64,000 bases of DNA from a virus: IMG/VR virus record IMGVR_UViG_3300040801_002079, positions 95,837 through 159,836 of that record, one strand, 5' to 3'. Shown here in pieces: positions 17,437 to 25,664 of this stretch. Both the position numbers and the translations under genes were made by a program. Each line of letters starts with the position of its first letter. Positions within the stretch are counted from its first letter, which is position 1. The notes under the pieces were generated by a model that worked only from the letters and a program-made list of their open reading frames with translations, had not been told where the DNA came from and did not search any database.

Positions 17437-17686
17437 CAATAATGAATTAGACTGGGCTAGATTATTAAAAGAACAAGAAGAAGAAACCAAACGATATAAA
17501 GCTTTATATGAAACACGAGAAAAGCAATTGGAATGTGCTCATAAGCGAATTCGTGACATAAAGCGATGTCAGAGATATAGTATTGATAAAAACGGCAATC
17601 CAGTTGAATGGAGATTCGGAAAGTGGATCATTCATGAAGAAATGGTAAAAGCTGCGGCCCTTCCCCATGAAGATGACGAGAGGTAA
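17423..17686 (+). CDS. hypothetical protein
   Basis: ORF track, 87 aa. Confidence 0.5.
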   Translation: MTIHNNNELDWARLLKEQEEETKRYKALYETREKQLECAHKRIRDIKRCQRYSIDKNGNPVEWRFGKWIIHEEMVKAAALPHEDDER

Positions 17687-17691
17687 AAACA

Positions 17692-17865
17692 ATGTTTCCT
17701 GATACATATTGTGCATTCTGTCATAATAGAACAGCAACCGGATGTGAACATTGCAACCCCTCTGTTCATGGACGCATTGACTTTTTTCCCGATCCCCCCG
17801 ATTTGGAAAGAGAAATTGAAGAGATTAAAAAGCGGTTAGATAAGCTGGAGAATAAAGATGTTTAG
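17692..17865 (+). CDS. Cys-rich small protein (57 aa)
   Basis: CAFC...CEHC; under cutoff. Confidence 0.35.
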   Translation: MFPDTYCAFCHNRTATGCEHCNPSVHGRIDFFPDPPDLEREIEEIKKRLDKLENKDV

Positions 17866-18019
17866 TTGGGTGTTATTACTGGCAAGTCTTATATTATTAG
17901 CTGGTGTAATGTTAATGGCTGGGTATGACTTTAAAAAGCAAACCGTGCCCGTACTTATAGGGGCGACACTTCTTTGGGTATTGATTACATTGGCAAATTT
18001 TATATCTCCAACCACATAG
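17858..18019 (+). CDS. small membrane protein (53 aa)
   Basis: Two TM helices; overlaps previous stop; under cutoff. Confidence 0.35.
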   Translation: MFSWVLLLASLILLAGVMLMAGYDFKKQTVPVLIGATLLWVLITLANFISPTT

Positions 18020-18024
18020 CTTTC

Positions 18025-18032
18025 TATAAATA
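18025..18032 (+). promoter_or_regulatory. T4-late-type TATAAATA box upstream of ardC-like gene
   Basis: Exact 8-mer 25 nt before ATG 18057. Confidence 0.35.
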
Positions 18033-18056
18033 CGGATAATAATCCGAGGATTTGCT

Positions 18057-19376
18057 ATGAAAATTAATGAAGTCATGGGCGGTGAAAAACGAGCCGCGAT
18101 AAAAAAGGGTACGAAAAGACCCATGGGACTTTCCCATAAAATCAATAAACAGTCTAAGAAACTCCAAAATAAAGCTGCTAGACGCAAAAGCAAGCGTGAA
18201 TTGGAATTGTCTGAGTCTATAAATGTAATTCTATTTGAAAAACTAAAATTACTCCATGATAAGAAAAATGGAGTTCTCGCTGTGGCTTCCGACGAAACTG
18301 ACCCCAAAAAGGCAAGCCGAGAAACGTATCGCAATAAAGATGCTCTTAAGTCTGCTGGTTTTAAATGGTCTGGTGGCAACTGGACTATTAGTGATTCTGA
18401 GTTTGAAAAAGCCAAGTCTACATTAACCACAATTAACAAAACAGAATACCTGATTAATAAACTGGAAGATGTTCAGGAATTTATCGGTGATGCTACCAGT
18501 GACCCTAAGAAGGGGAGATTAACCGATATGATTCAGGGTTATATTGATGACTTGGCAAGTGCTACAGATGAAGCCGCTGCTGCCGAAGAAATACGTAAGT
18601 ATTTGGATTTCTTCTCTAATTTTTATCAGTACAGTTTCTTCAATAAGATTTTAATCTATATTCAGAACCCGGATGCAACTCAGGTTGCTAGCTATAAAAA
18701 CTGGAGGAAAAAGCATCGTCAGGTTAAGAAGGGCGCTAAAGGTATGCAGATTCTCGTACCTATATTCCCAAAGGGACGCAATCCAAAATATGATGATGTG
18801 GATGAGGATGATAAAGCTCAGCCAGTAAGATTCATTGTTGGCAGCGTGTTTGATATTAAGGACACGGAAGCTATAGATGAAAGAGGTGAGGCTCCTGAAG
18901 AACCAGAGTGGTGGGGTGACAATACTCCAAGTGAAACGGCTAAAGACCTATTCAATTTGGTTGTCAAGGCAGCAGAAGCTGAAGGCATTGATATAACCTC
19001 TGATGATGCGAAAGGGGGAGAGAAGGGCTACAGTTCTGGTGGACATATTAACATCACATCGAATGTAGAAGGTGTGGGTGAAGTTTCCACGATGGTTCAT
19101 GAGTTTGCACACGAATTAATGCACTGGAAGGATCGCTCCAAGTTTTATGTTGGTGATGAGGCCGCTGGAAACAGGAAACTTAAAGAACTACAAGCCGAGA
19201 GTGTGTCATATGTTGTCCTGAAGCATTATAAGCTTCCAGTTGAGCATCACACTAAATATCTTGCTTTGTGGAGAGCAACCGGTGAAAAAATCAAGAACAA
19301 CATTGAAACAATTTCAAAAGTTGCTCATTACATTATTAAAAAGATTGACGCTCAAGCAGAAAAGAAATCTAAATAA
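18057..19376 (+). CDS. ArdC-like anti-restriction protein (ssDNA-binding N-domain plus HExxH metallopeptidase-like C-domain)
   Basis: ArdC-N-like segment NKILIYIQNPDATQVASYKNWRKKHRQVKKGAKGMQILVPIF; C-terminal HEFAHELMHW. Confidence 0.6.
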   Translation: MKINEVMGGEKRAAIKKGTKRPMGLSHKINKQSKKLQNKAARRKSKRELELSESINVILFEKLKLLHDKKNGVLAVASDETDPKKASRETYRNKDALKSAGFKWSGGNWTISDSEFEKAKSTLTTINKTEYLINKLEDVQEFIGDATSDPKKGRLTDMIQGYIDDLASATDEAAAAEEIRKYLDFFSNFYQYSFFNKILIYIQNPDATQVASYKNWRKKHRQVKKGAKGMQILVPIFPKGRNPKYDDVDEDDKAQPVRFIVGSVFDIKDTEAIDERGEAPEEPEWWGDNTPSETAKDLFNLVVKAAEAEGIDITSDDAKGGEKGYSSGGHINITSNVEGVGEVSTMVHEFAHELMHWKDRSKFYVGDEAAGNRKLKELQAESVSYVVLKHYKLPVEHHTKYLALWRATGEKIKNNIETISKVAHYIIKKIDAQAEKKSK

Positions 19377-19377
19377 G

Positions 19378-19406
19378 TTGACACCTGATACGTCATACCG
19401 TATAAT
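19378..19406 (+). promoter_or_regulatory. sigma70-type promoter (TTGACA-N17-TATAAT) placing the TSS at ATG 19413
   Basis: Perfect consensus; 6 nt from -10 to ATG. Confidence 0.6.
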
Positions 19407-19412
19407 GGCGGT

Positions 19413-20219
19413 ATGACTACACATAGAGAACAATTTTTAAATCAATGCGCCTGTATTGATTTTGAAACAACGAGCTTAGAACCCGAAGAAGCTGAAATCA
19501 TTGAGCAAGGCATAAGTGTATACGAAGATGGGAACTGGACTGTGGCAACTTCTATGTTGCACGACTGTAAAGCTCCAGATGTTCCAGCCGAAGCATCCGC
19601 TGTAAACAACATTACGAAGCCAATGCTAAAAGGTTACGGCCCATTCAGTCTTGATAATTTCGGATTATTATCTATAAAGCCTCATAGGAATATATTAATT
19701 TCACATAATGTCAAATATGACAGCATGGTATTAAAGAACTATGTTGATCCCGAGACATTTGAAGCACTTTCTTCTAATTGGCTATGCAGCTATCGTATGG
19801 CTAAAAAGTTATATGTTAATCGTCCCGAGTATAAATCATTAAGCCTTGCCTATCTACGGTACAGGCGCAAGCTATGTGAATTTGTTAAAATTCCAACCGA
19901 GCCTCACAGAGCGGGATATGATTCGTACATCAATGGCCTTCTTTTGGAGGACATTATCGACATATTAGAAGAGGCTAATATATTGGATAAGGATAAACCA
20001 TACTTTGGACAACTAAAAGATTGGCTGAAGCCACCTATAATGTTGGAATACATGCCCGGATTTGGTAAACATGCTGGGGAACGGTTGGACGAACTTGATT
20101 TCGGCTATTTGAAATGGGTGTTCGAAAATACCGACAGATGTGATGAGGATAGTCCCGAGTATGATATTGATCTGGCAACTACATTAGCTGGATATATGGC
20201 AAAAGCTTATAAGGGTTGA
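19413..20219 (+). CDS. DEDD-family 3'-5' exonuclease (DnaQ-like)
   Basis: Motifs DFETT, HNVKYD, HRAGYD. Confidence 0.6.
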   Translation: MTTHREQFLNQCACIDFETTSLEPEEAEIIEQGISVYEDGNWTVATSMLHDCKAPDVPAEASAVNNITKPMLKGYGPFSLDNFGLLSIKPHRNILISHNVKYDSMVLKNYVDPETFEALSSNWLCSYRMAKKLYVNRPEYKSLSLAYLRYRRKLCEFVKIPTEPHRAGYDSYINGLLLEDIIDILEEANILDKDKPYFGQLKDWLKPPIMLEYMPGFGKHAGERLDELDFGYLKWVFENTDRCDEDSPEYDIDLATTLAGYMAKAYKG

Positions 20220-20224
20220 TATAA

Positions 20225-20524
20225 ATGGATGATTTTTATAAAGAAATTATAGATTATATTCGCAAATCTGATGAAAAGAAGGTTCACTTAGCAGAGTTAT
20301 GGGATGTTTTCTTTGAAGGAAAAGATATTCCTGCCGGGGCTATCATGATGGGGCTATCTCATGATAGCATTAAACGGGTCATAGGCTTGTTTTCTCCGTA
20401 TACTGGAAACCTATTAGAAACATATGATTCTCTTGGGGATATTCCGTATACATGGGATGAAGATGGGGCATCATTTGAAATTAATGATACACATATCAGC
20501 GTGTGGTATGAATTAAATGAGTAA
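20225..20524 (+). CDS. hypothetical protein
   Basis: ORF track, 99 aa. Confidence 0.5.
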   Translation: MDDFYKEIIDYIRKSDEKKVHLAELWDVFFEGKDIPAGAIMMGLSHDSIKRVIGLFSPYTGNLLETYDSLGDIPYTWDEDGASFEINDTHISVWYELNE

Positions 20525-20639
20525 GGTTGGCTTCACATGCTCAACGTTTGATTTAACATATTGGACTTCTGATAAATATAATCAGAAAGAGGAGTCTTTA
20601 TATGTTTGGGTATATCTATATAACAACAAACCTGATTAA
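20517..20639 (+). pseudogene. orphaned 5' fragment of the cytidylyltransferase gene (MSKVGFTCSTFDL...)
   Basis: First 12 codons match the N-terminus of 21264..21680 (KIGFTCSTWDL) but are recoded at the nucleotide level; the frame then runs into the HEG region. Confidence 0.45.
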
Positions 20640-21263
20640 TGATAAGAAATATATTGGAAAAAGATATGGTGCGTTTGATTCAACATATTATGGATCAGGC
20701 ACTATATTAAAAAAGGCTATAGAGAAGTACGGACTTAAAAACTTTAACACTGTACTCTTGAAAGAATGTTGCAATGAAGAAGATATTAATAAATCAGAAA
20801 AAATATTAATACGTGTATTGAATCCGGAATATAACATAGCTGAAGGTGGAGCAGGAGGGAACACTCTACTACATGCGTCAGATGATCATAAATTAGAGGT
20901 GATTAAAAAAAGGTCTATATCCTTAAAGAAAGCATGGGATCGTAAAGATAGGAAAAAGTGGGGCAAAGCTATAAGTGAGGCAAAAAAAGGTAAAAGGTGT
21001 GGCGGGGTTAAAGCACATACTGATGAAACTAAATTGAAAATATCAAAAAGTAATAAAATTGCGGCTAAAAATAGACCGGAATCATGGAAAGTTAATCACC
21101 AAATTGCGTCAGAAAAGAGGAAGGGTATTCCAAATAAAAAATGCATGAAACCCCTAATCCTAGATGGTAAAAAGTATAATAGTAGAAAAGAGGCAGCGAA
21201 GAAACTTGGTGTAACGGGATCAATGATAACTTACTATATTAAAAAGGGTAGAGGTAGATATTT
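20525..21263 (+). mobile_element. homing-endonuclease cassette inserted at the 5' end of the cytidylyltransferase gene
   Basis: HEG flanked by a diverged duplicate of the target gene's first ~13 codons. Confidence 0.4.
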
Positions 21264-21267
21264 ATGA
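20602..21267 (+). CDS. GIY-YIG homing endonuclease
   Basis: N-terminal GYIYITTNLINDKKYIGK motif; basic DNA-binding C-terminus. Confidence 0.65.
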   Translation: MFGYIYITTNLINDKKYIGKRYGAFDSTYYGSGTILKKAIEKYGLKNFNTVLLKECCNEEDINKSEKILIRVLNPEYNIAEGGAGGNTLLHASDDHKLEVIKKRSISLKKAWDRKDRKKWGKAISEAKKGKRCGGVKAHTDETKLKISKSNKIAAKNRPESWKVNHQIASEKRKGIPNKKCMKPLILDGKKYNSRKEAAKKLGVTGSMITYYIKKGRGRYL

Positions 21268-21680
21268 AAATAGGGTTTACGTGCAGTACATGGGATTTAT
21301 TACATTCCGGGCATATTATCATGTTACGACAAGCTAAAGCACAGTGTGACTACCTGATTTGTGGACTCCAAGTTGATCCATCTGTTGACCGCTCTGAAAA
21401 AAATTCTCCCGTGCAAACATTGGTTGAGCGATATATTCAATTATCTGCTGTCAAATATGTTGATGAAATTATAACCTATCAAACTGAAAAGGATTTAGAA
21501 GATATATTGCAAATGATTGATATTGATGTCAGAATACTAGGCGAGGAATACCGAGAAAAAGATTTTACCGGTAAAGCAATTTGCAGAAAAAGAGGTATTG
21601 ACTTATTCTTCAACAAGAGGGATCATAGATTTTCTACTTCCGATTTAAGGAAGCGAGTTATGGAGGCAAACAATGTCTGA
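21264..21680 (+). CDS. cytidylyltransferase-like nucleotidyltransferase (HxGH motif)
   Basis: GFTCSTWDLLHSGH matches the (T/H)xGH nucleotidyltransferase signature. Confidence 0.55.
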   Translation: MKIGFTCSTWDLLHSGHIIMLRQAKAQCDYLICGLQVDPSVDRSEKNSPVQTLVERYIQLSAVKYVDEIITYQTEKDLEDILQMIDIDVRILGEEYREKDFTGKAICRKRGIDLFFNKRDHRFSTSDLRKRVMEANNV

Positions 21681-21879
21681 TTGGATTAATATTGACGAAG
21701 AACGTCCCGTTAAAATAAAGAAATACAAAGTTTTATTGAATGAAGAGCATGAATACGAAGCAACGTGGCATCCGGGTAAAGGAGAAAATGGAATGTTCGT
21801 TGATATTAACCTCATGATGGAGCTTCCTGATGTAACACATTGGAAGGATAATACTAAATATCTAAGAGGTACCGAATAA
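21673..21879 (+). CDS. hypothetical protein
   Basis: ORF track, 68 aa. Confidence 0.5.
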   Translation: MSDWINIDEERPVKIKKYKVLLNEEHEYEATWHPGKGENGMFVDINLMMELPDVTHWKDNTKYLRGTE

Positions 21880-22181
21880 TGGAAATTAGTAAAGATATTT
21901 TAAATAGTGTGCTTGAAAATGGTGAATATGAAGCAATAATAGAAAAAAATCTTCATAGTGGACCCCATTATAGTATGGTATTCGAAATGGATGATAAACT
22001 GTATAAGGCTTATTATATAGAGGGGTCACATGGACCCCGTTGGTTATCACCCAAACCTTCAAGCGAAACGGCTGAATGCACTGAGGTTGTACGAAAGGAA
22101 GAAACTCGTATCGTAATTGGATACGTTGATGTACACGAGGAACCCTCTACTACACCCATGTCATTGGATTATTATCTATAG
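21879..22181 (+). CDS. hypothetical protein
   Basis: ORF track, 100 aa. Confidence 0.5.
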   Translation: MEISKDILNSVLENGEYEAIIEKNLHSGPHYSMVFEMDDKLYKAYYIEGSHGPRWLSPKPSSETAECTEVVRKEETRIVIGYVDVHEEPSTTPMSLDYYL

Positions 22182-22218
22182 GTATTAGCCGTTAGTTCTC
22201 TAGCTACCGATTGGTGGC

Positions 22219-22422
22219 ATGGATAAGTATGAAAAGAAATGGAGGATAGTCATGAGCGAAAACTATCAGAAAACGATACGTGAGCTTAATGCAACCATCG
22301 AAGAATTACAGTACAGATTGTCCCATTGTGTTGAGTTATTAAAGACTGCCAAGTGTCCATCAGGGTGTAATGGTAAATGCACATGGTGTTATGAGAGAGA
22401 AATAGAGGTCAGAGCACATTAA
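22219..22422 (+). CDS. Cys-rich small protein
   Basis: ORF track; CPSGCNGKCTWC. Confidence 0.45.
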   Translation: MDKYEKKWRIVMSENYQKTIRELNATIEELQYRLSHCVELLKTAKCPSGCNGKCTWCYEREIEVRAH

Positions 22423-22628
22423 TGAAAAGTGATTGCAAATTAAGCACAGATTTTTATCTGGGACTTGTCAGTTTAGAAAAATATAAAGATGCTAAATCCA
22501 CGGCAATGGCTAGATTTGGTATAAAAAAGAGTAAACGAGTTCATTATAATGATGTTATGGACGAAGTAATCAAGATATTAATAGAATATAATGCTGTAAC
22601 ATTCGAAGATGAATTCACCCTTGAATAA
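22422..22628 (+). CDS. hypothetical protein
   Basis: ORF track, 68 aa. Confidence 0.5.
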   Translation: MKSDCKLSTDFYLGLVSLEKYKDAKSTAMARFGIKKSKRVHYNDVMDEVIKILIEYNAVTFEDEFTLE

Positions 22629-22644
22629 AAATAATGAGATAAAT

Positions 22645-22788
22645 ATGACCGTGTACTCACAAATGATTAAAGAATTGGATACGATTATCAATTCAAGTGA
22701 GCGTACAGAACTGGAAAAGGACTTGGCTGAGACCTTGAAGCTGAGTATTAATTATATTAAGGATATGAAAAATGATTATAAAGTGTGA
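22645..22788 (+). CDS. hypothetical small protein (~47 aa)
   Basis: ATG with AT-rich leader; overlaps the start of 22772; under cutoff. Confidence 0.3.
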   Translation: MTVYSQMIKELDTIINSSERTELEKDLAETLKLSINYIKDMKNDYKV

Positions 22789-22981
22789 CCTTTGTGGTAA
22801 AAAGACAACCCAGATAAATTCCCCCGCCAGTATGTTGAAAGATGTTGAAAACCTTGATGGCATGTGTAACGATTGCATGGAGCGAATGAATGTCGCTTTA
22901 AAGGAAGCCAGAGTTGTGGCCCATAAAGTCATCAGTGATGCGATGGTCGCAGAAGCTGAAAAAATAAGGAATGAGCAGTGA
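22772..22981 (+). CDS. Zn-ribbon protein
   Basis: CDLCGKK...CNDC. Confidence 0.5.
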   Translation: MIIKCDLCGKKTTQINSPASMLKDVENLDGMCNDCMERMNVALKEARVVAHKVISDAMVAEAEKIRNEQ

Positions 22982-23283
22982 AAACCAGCATTCTTTATCT
23001 ACTGTTAAGTGTTTTCTTCATTTTAACATGGTTGGGATTTTATAATTCCTACGCTATGAAAGAAGAAATTAACGGCCTGAATGCCTCACTTGGAAACCTG
23101 TTTGCAGATTATTGTAAAGACCATGGCGGTGTTACTATTGTAAAAGATGTGCAGATTTACTTACCTGATATTAAAAATAAGGAAGACCTTACGATGGCCT
23201 CATGCCGAGATGGAGACTATTACGGGATTCTTCTCATTAATAAGCACACACAAAAAGTTATCTATTACATAACCGAGGATTAA
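22978..23283 (+). CDS. secreted/membrane protein
   Basis: ORF track, 101 aa, N-terminal signal-like helix. Confidence 0.5.
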   Translation: MKTSILYLLLSVFFILTWLGFYNSYAMKEEINGLNASLGNLFADYCKDHGGVTIVKDVQIYLPDIKNKEDLTMASCRDGDYYGILLINKHTQKVIYYITED

Positions 23284-23284
23284 T

Positions 23285-23596
23285 ATGCAAGGATTTATAA
23301 CAGGAACCATACTTGGCGTAGCCGGGGGCATCATAGGATCATATCTATTTTTTAAATTCGTAATTGCTCCCAAACTTCTCAACATTCAAATAGCTTATAA
23401 TAATTTAAGAGTAGCTTCTACCGCACTTTTTAAAGACAGTTCAGTTTTACTGGCGTTTCAAAATGTATTTGCACAGAGATTAATTGACGTTGAGGAAAAG
23501 CTGGACATAGAAAGCTTAACACCCGAAGATTACAAAGCCATTCAATATGATGTTATCGCATCTATTGAATCTTATGCAAAAGAACCGGACTTTTAA
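23285..23596 (+). CDS. membrane protein
   Basis: ORF track, 103 aa. Confidence 0.5.
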   Translation: MQGFITGTILGVAGGIIGSYLFFKFVIAPKLLNIQIAYNNLRVASTALFKDSSVLLAFQNVFAQRLIDVEEKLDIESLTPEDYKAIQYDVIASIESYAKEPDF

Positions 23597-23607
23597 TAAA
23601 TAATATT

Positions 23608-23838
23608 ATGAAACTACACGAAGTATGCAAAGATGCATTGGATAAACCAACACCGACTCTTGATGATTTGGTAAAAAAGTATGACCTTTCAAAAGAGGAA
23701 CTTCAATCTCAGCTTGACATGGGCATTGAAGTAGAATTTGAGCACACATCGGATAAAAAGGTAGCTAAGGAGATTGCATTAGATCATCTAGCCGAAGACC
23801 CAAAATATTACGATAAACTCAAAAAAGTTGAAGAATAG
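23608..23838 (+). CDS. hypothetical protein
   Basis: ORF track, 76 aa. Confidence 0.5.
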   Translation: MKLHEVCKDALDKPTPTLDDLVKKYDLSKEELQSQLDMGIEVEFEHTSDKKVAKEIALDHLAEDPKYYDKLKKVEE

Positions 23839-23839
23839 T

Positions 23840-23868
23840 TTGCATCTCACCTCCTAATATTGTATAAT
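23840..23868 (+). promoter_or_regulatory. sigma70-type promoter (TTGCAT-N17-TATAAT)
   Basis: Read directly; gene 23880 follows 11 nt after the -10. Confidence 0.5.
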
Positions 23869-23879
23869 TAGTCCAAATA

Positions 23880-24062
23880 ATGTTGATACTGTCTATAGTT
23901 CTAGCATTACTAAGCTGTTCAGTAACAACGTATGTACTTTTTAAAGATCGCTCATCCTTTGTGAGCAGAGAATCAAGTACAACCAATAAAGTCCTTATAA
24001 TTTTAAGTGTAACGCTCATAATTATAACATTATTGGTCTACCTTTTGGAGAAATTTGGATGA
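23880..24062 (+). CDS. small membrane protein
   Basis: ORF track, 60 aa. Confidence 0.45.
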   Translation: MLILSIVLALLSCSVTTYVLFKDRSSFVSRESSTTNKVLIILSVTLIIITLLVYLLEKFG

Positions 24063-24241
24063 TGTTTTTACAAATCGGAATTTATGTATTGATTGCCATA
24101 GTAACCTCCCTTCTGATTGCCGCATATGATGGTGGACAGCGATGGGGAGCCGGAACGTGTTTATTTTTGGGAGCAACATGGCCCATATCCCTTTCCATTA
24201 TGCTGTGGATTGTAATTCGTAGAAAAATAGGGGGAAGATAA
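24059..24241 (+). CDS. small membrane protein
   Basis: ORF track, 60 aa. Confidence 0.45.
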   Translation: MMFLQIGIYVLIAIVTSLLIAAYDGGQRWGAGTCLFLGATWPISLSIMLWIVIRRKIGGR

Positions 24242-24414
24242 TGATTTATAATGTTCCAAAAAATATGAAAGTAGAGGAAACACACAAGGTTTGTGAACAC
24301 CACAAGAAGCATCCCGATGATGTATCTTATCCCGGATGCACATGCTACCACTCTTGGACGGCAAAGTTTGACATTCCACTTCCAACATATTATGGTGTAT
24401 CATTATGCATGTAA
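24241..24414 (+). CDS. Cys/His-rich small protein (57 aa)
   Basis: TAATG overlap; CEHH...CTCYH; under cutoff. Confidence 0.35.
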   Translation: MIYNVPKNMKVEETHKVCEHHKKHPDDVSYPGCTCYHSWTAKFDIPLPTYYGVSLCM

Positions 24415-24677
24415 AAGAATTTAACATTATAACCGACTACACCAAAACTGGCACCATAGAGTGTGAGGACGGCACAATTGCCGTGGCTAATAATCTTTCA
24501 TGCGGAGTATGTGGTGACGATACCGAATTTGAGCCTCTCATATCGGATGGAAACAACTGGCACTGTGTTAAATGTTGGACTGATGCTGGTCACGAGCCTC
24601 CAACTGAAGGCACCAAGATGCGATTGAATGAAGCTAAAATGACCACACGAATGAATTGCCTTATCAGGAATATGTGA
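24405..24677 (+). CDS. Zn-ribbon protein
   Basis: CGVCGDD...CVKC. Confidence 0.5.
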   Translation: MHVKEFNIITDYTKTGTIECEDGTIAVANNLSCGVCGDDTEFEPLISDGNNWHCVKCWTDAGHEPPTEGTKMRLNEAKMTTRMNCLIRNM

Positions 24678-24982
24678 TGAGATACGCAGTTATAGCAACC
24701 ATCATAACCATAGCATTAACTGTTATGCTTGCCGTAACGTTTTTAAGCTTTATGACCAGCTATAACAATGATAGTGCTTCAATACGCGATATCATAGGGA
24801 ATGGTATGCTATTCCTTTCCTTTTTGATATCATCTTGCATCATTGTTCAAATATTCTTTGTGTGGGTTTTCTCCAATCAAGTTGAGAAACTGAAGAGTAT
24901 TTTGGATACCAAAAATAAAGAAATTAGTGCCTTGCGCGGTGAAGTAAAGCGAGTGAAGGAAGACGTAGACTTGCTGCTATGA
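24677..24982 (+). CDS. membrane protein with coiled-coil tail
   Basis: TGATG overlap start, in frame with track ORF 24656..24982. Confidence 0.45.
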   Translation: MRYAVIATIITIALTVMLAVTFLSFMTSYNNDSASIRDIIGNGMLFLSFLISSCIIVQIFFVWVFSNQVEKLKSILDTKNKEISALRGEVKRVKEDVDLLL

Positions 24983-25206
24983 AAAATCTAATGAATTTCA
25001 TCGATGATTATATTCTAACATCGTGGCATTTCTTTGTAGCAGTCTCGCTGGGTACAATTTTCGGCTTAGAAAACGTAATACCCATATATTCTCTTATCTG
25101 GCTTATGTTATTCGGGGCAGCATCTTTTCTATTTTTATTCAAGTATCGTAAAATGTATAAATACTCACATGAAACTCAAAGACATCAAAAAGCCAGAAAA
25201 GCGTAA
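24979..25206 (+). CDS. small membrane protein
   Basis: ORF track, 75 aa. Confidence 0.5.
   Translation: MKNLMNFIDDYILTSWHFFVAVSLGTIFGLENVIPIYSLIWLMLFGAASFLFLFKYRKMYKYSHETQRHQKARKA
25156..25163 (+). promoter_or_regulatory. T4-late-type TATAAATA box 5 nt upstream of ATG 25169
   Basis: Exact 8-mer read directly. Confidence 0.4.
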
Positions 25207-25633
25207 CCCCGTAGCTAAAAATATGGGCATTAATAAAGCTTCTACTCATAAAGATAAGAAGAAAGCCCAAAGAACTCCTCGTAAGAACCAAAAGCATAAA
25301 GGTAAAATGTTTGAATCCTTTATAGTTCTTTGTGAGGAAGCTAAGGTTTGGACAAAAGATGAAATCAAAGAAAAGCTTAAAACAGATGACCGATGGCTTA
25401 TTCGTGCACTATTAGCAATCTACAACAAGCAAACAGAGGATGAGCAGGCAAATGACATGACTGCACATTATAATAATGTTGGATTTAACGGTCTAGATGC
25501 TGAATGGCTTTCAAAGATGGCTAGGTTTTACAAAGATCGTGGGTTCCTATCGCCTAAGCAATTAATGCACGTTCGTAAAAAAATGCTAAAATATTCAGGC
25601 CAACTGGCTAAGATCGCAAATAAAAAGATTTGA
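25169..25633 (+). CDS. basic hypothetical protein
   Basis: ORF track, 154 aa, Lys-rich N-terminus. Confidence 0.5.
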   Translation: MKLKDIKKPEKRNPVAKNMGINKASTHKDKKKAQRTPRKNQKHKGKMFESFIVLCEEAKVWTKDEIKEKLKTDDRWLIRALLAIYNKQTEDEQANDMTAHYNNVGFNGLDAEWLSKMARFYKDRGFLSPKQLMHVRKKMLKYSGQLAKIANKKI

Positions 25634-25658
25634 TTTCCTAAGATTATCGTAGTATAAT
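25630..25658 (+). promoter_or_regulatory. sigma70-type promoter (TTGATT-N17-TATAAT) placing the TSS at ATG 25665
   Basis: 6 nt from -10 to ATG. Confidence 0.5.
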
Positions 25659-25664
25659 TGTGCC

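Noticed and set aside
17912-18439. 175-aa minus-strand ORF overlapping the ardC-like gene
   Set aside because: Low-complexity S/L/F-rich translation. It lies fully antisense to a well-supported plus-strand gene and its RBS/promoter.
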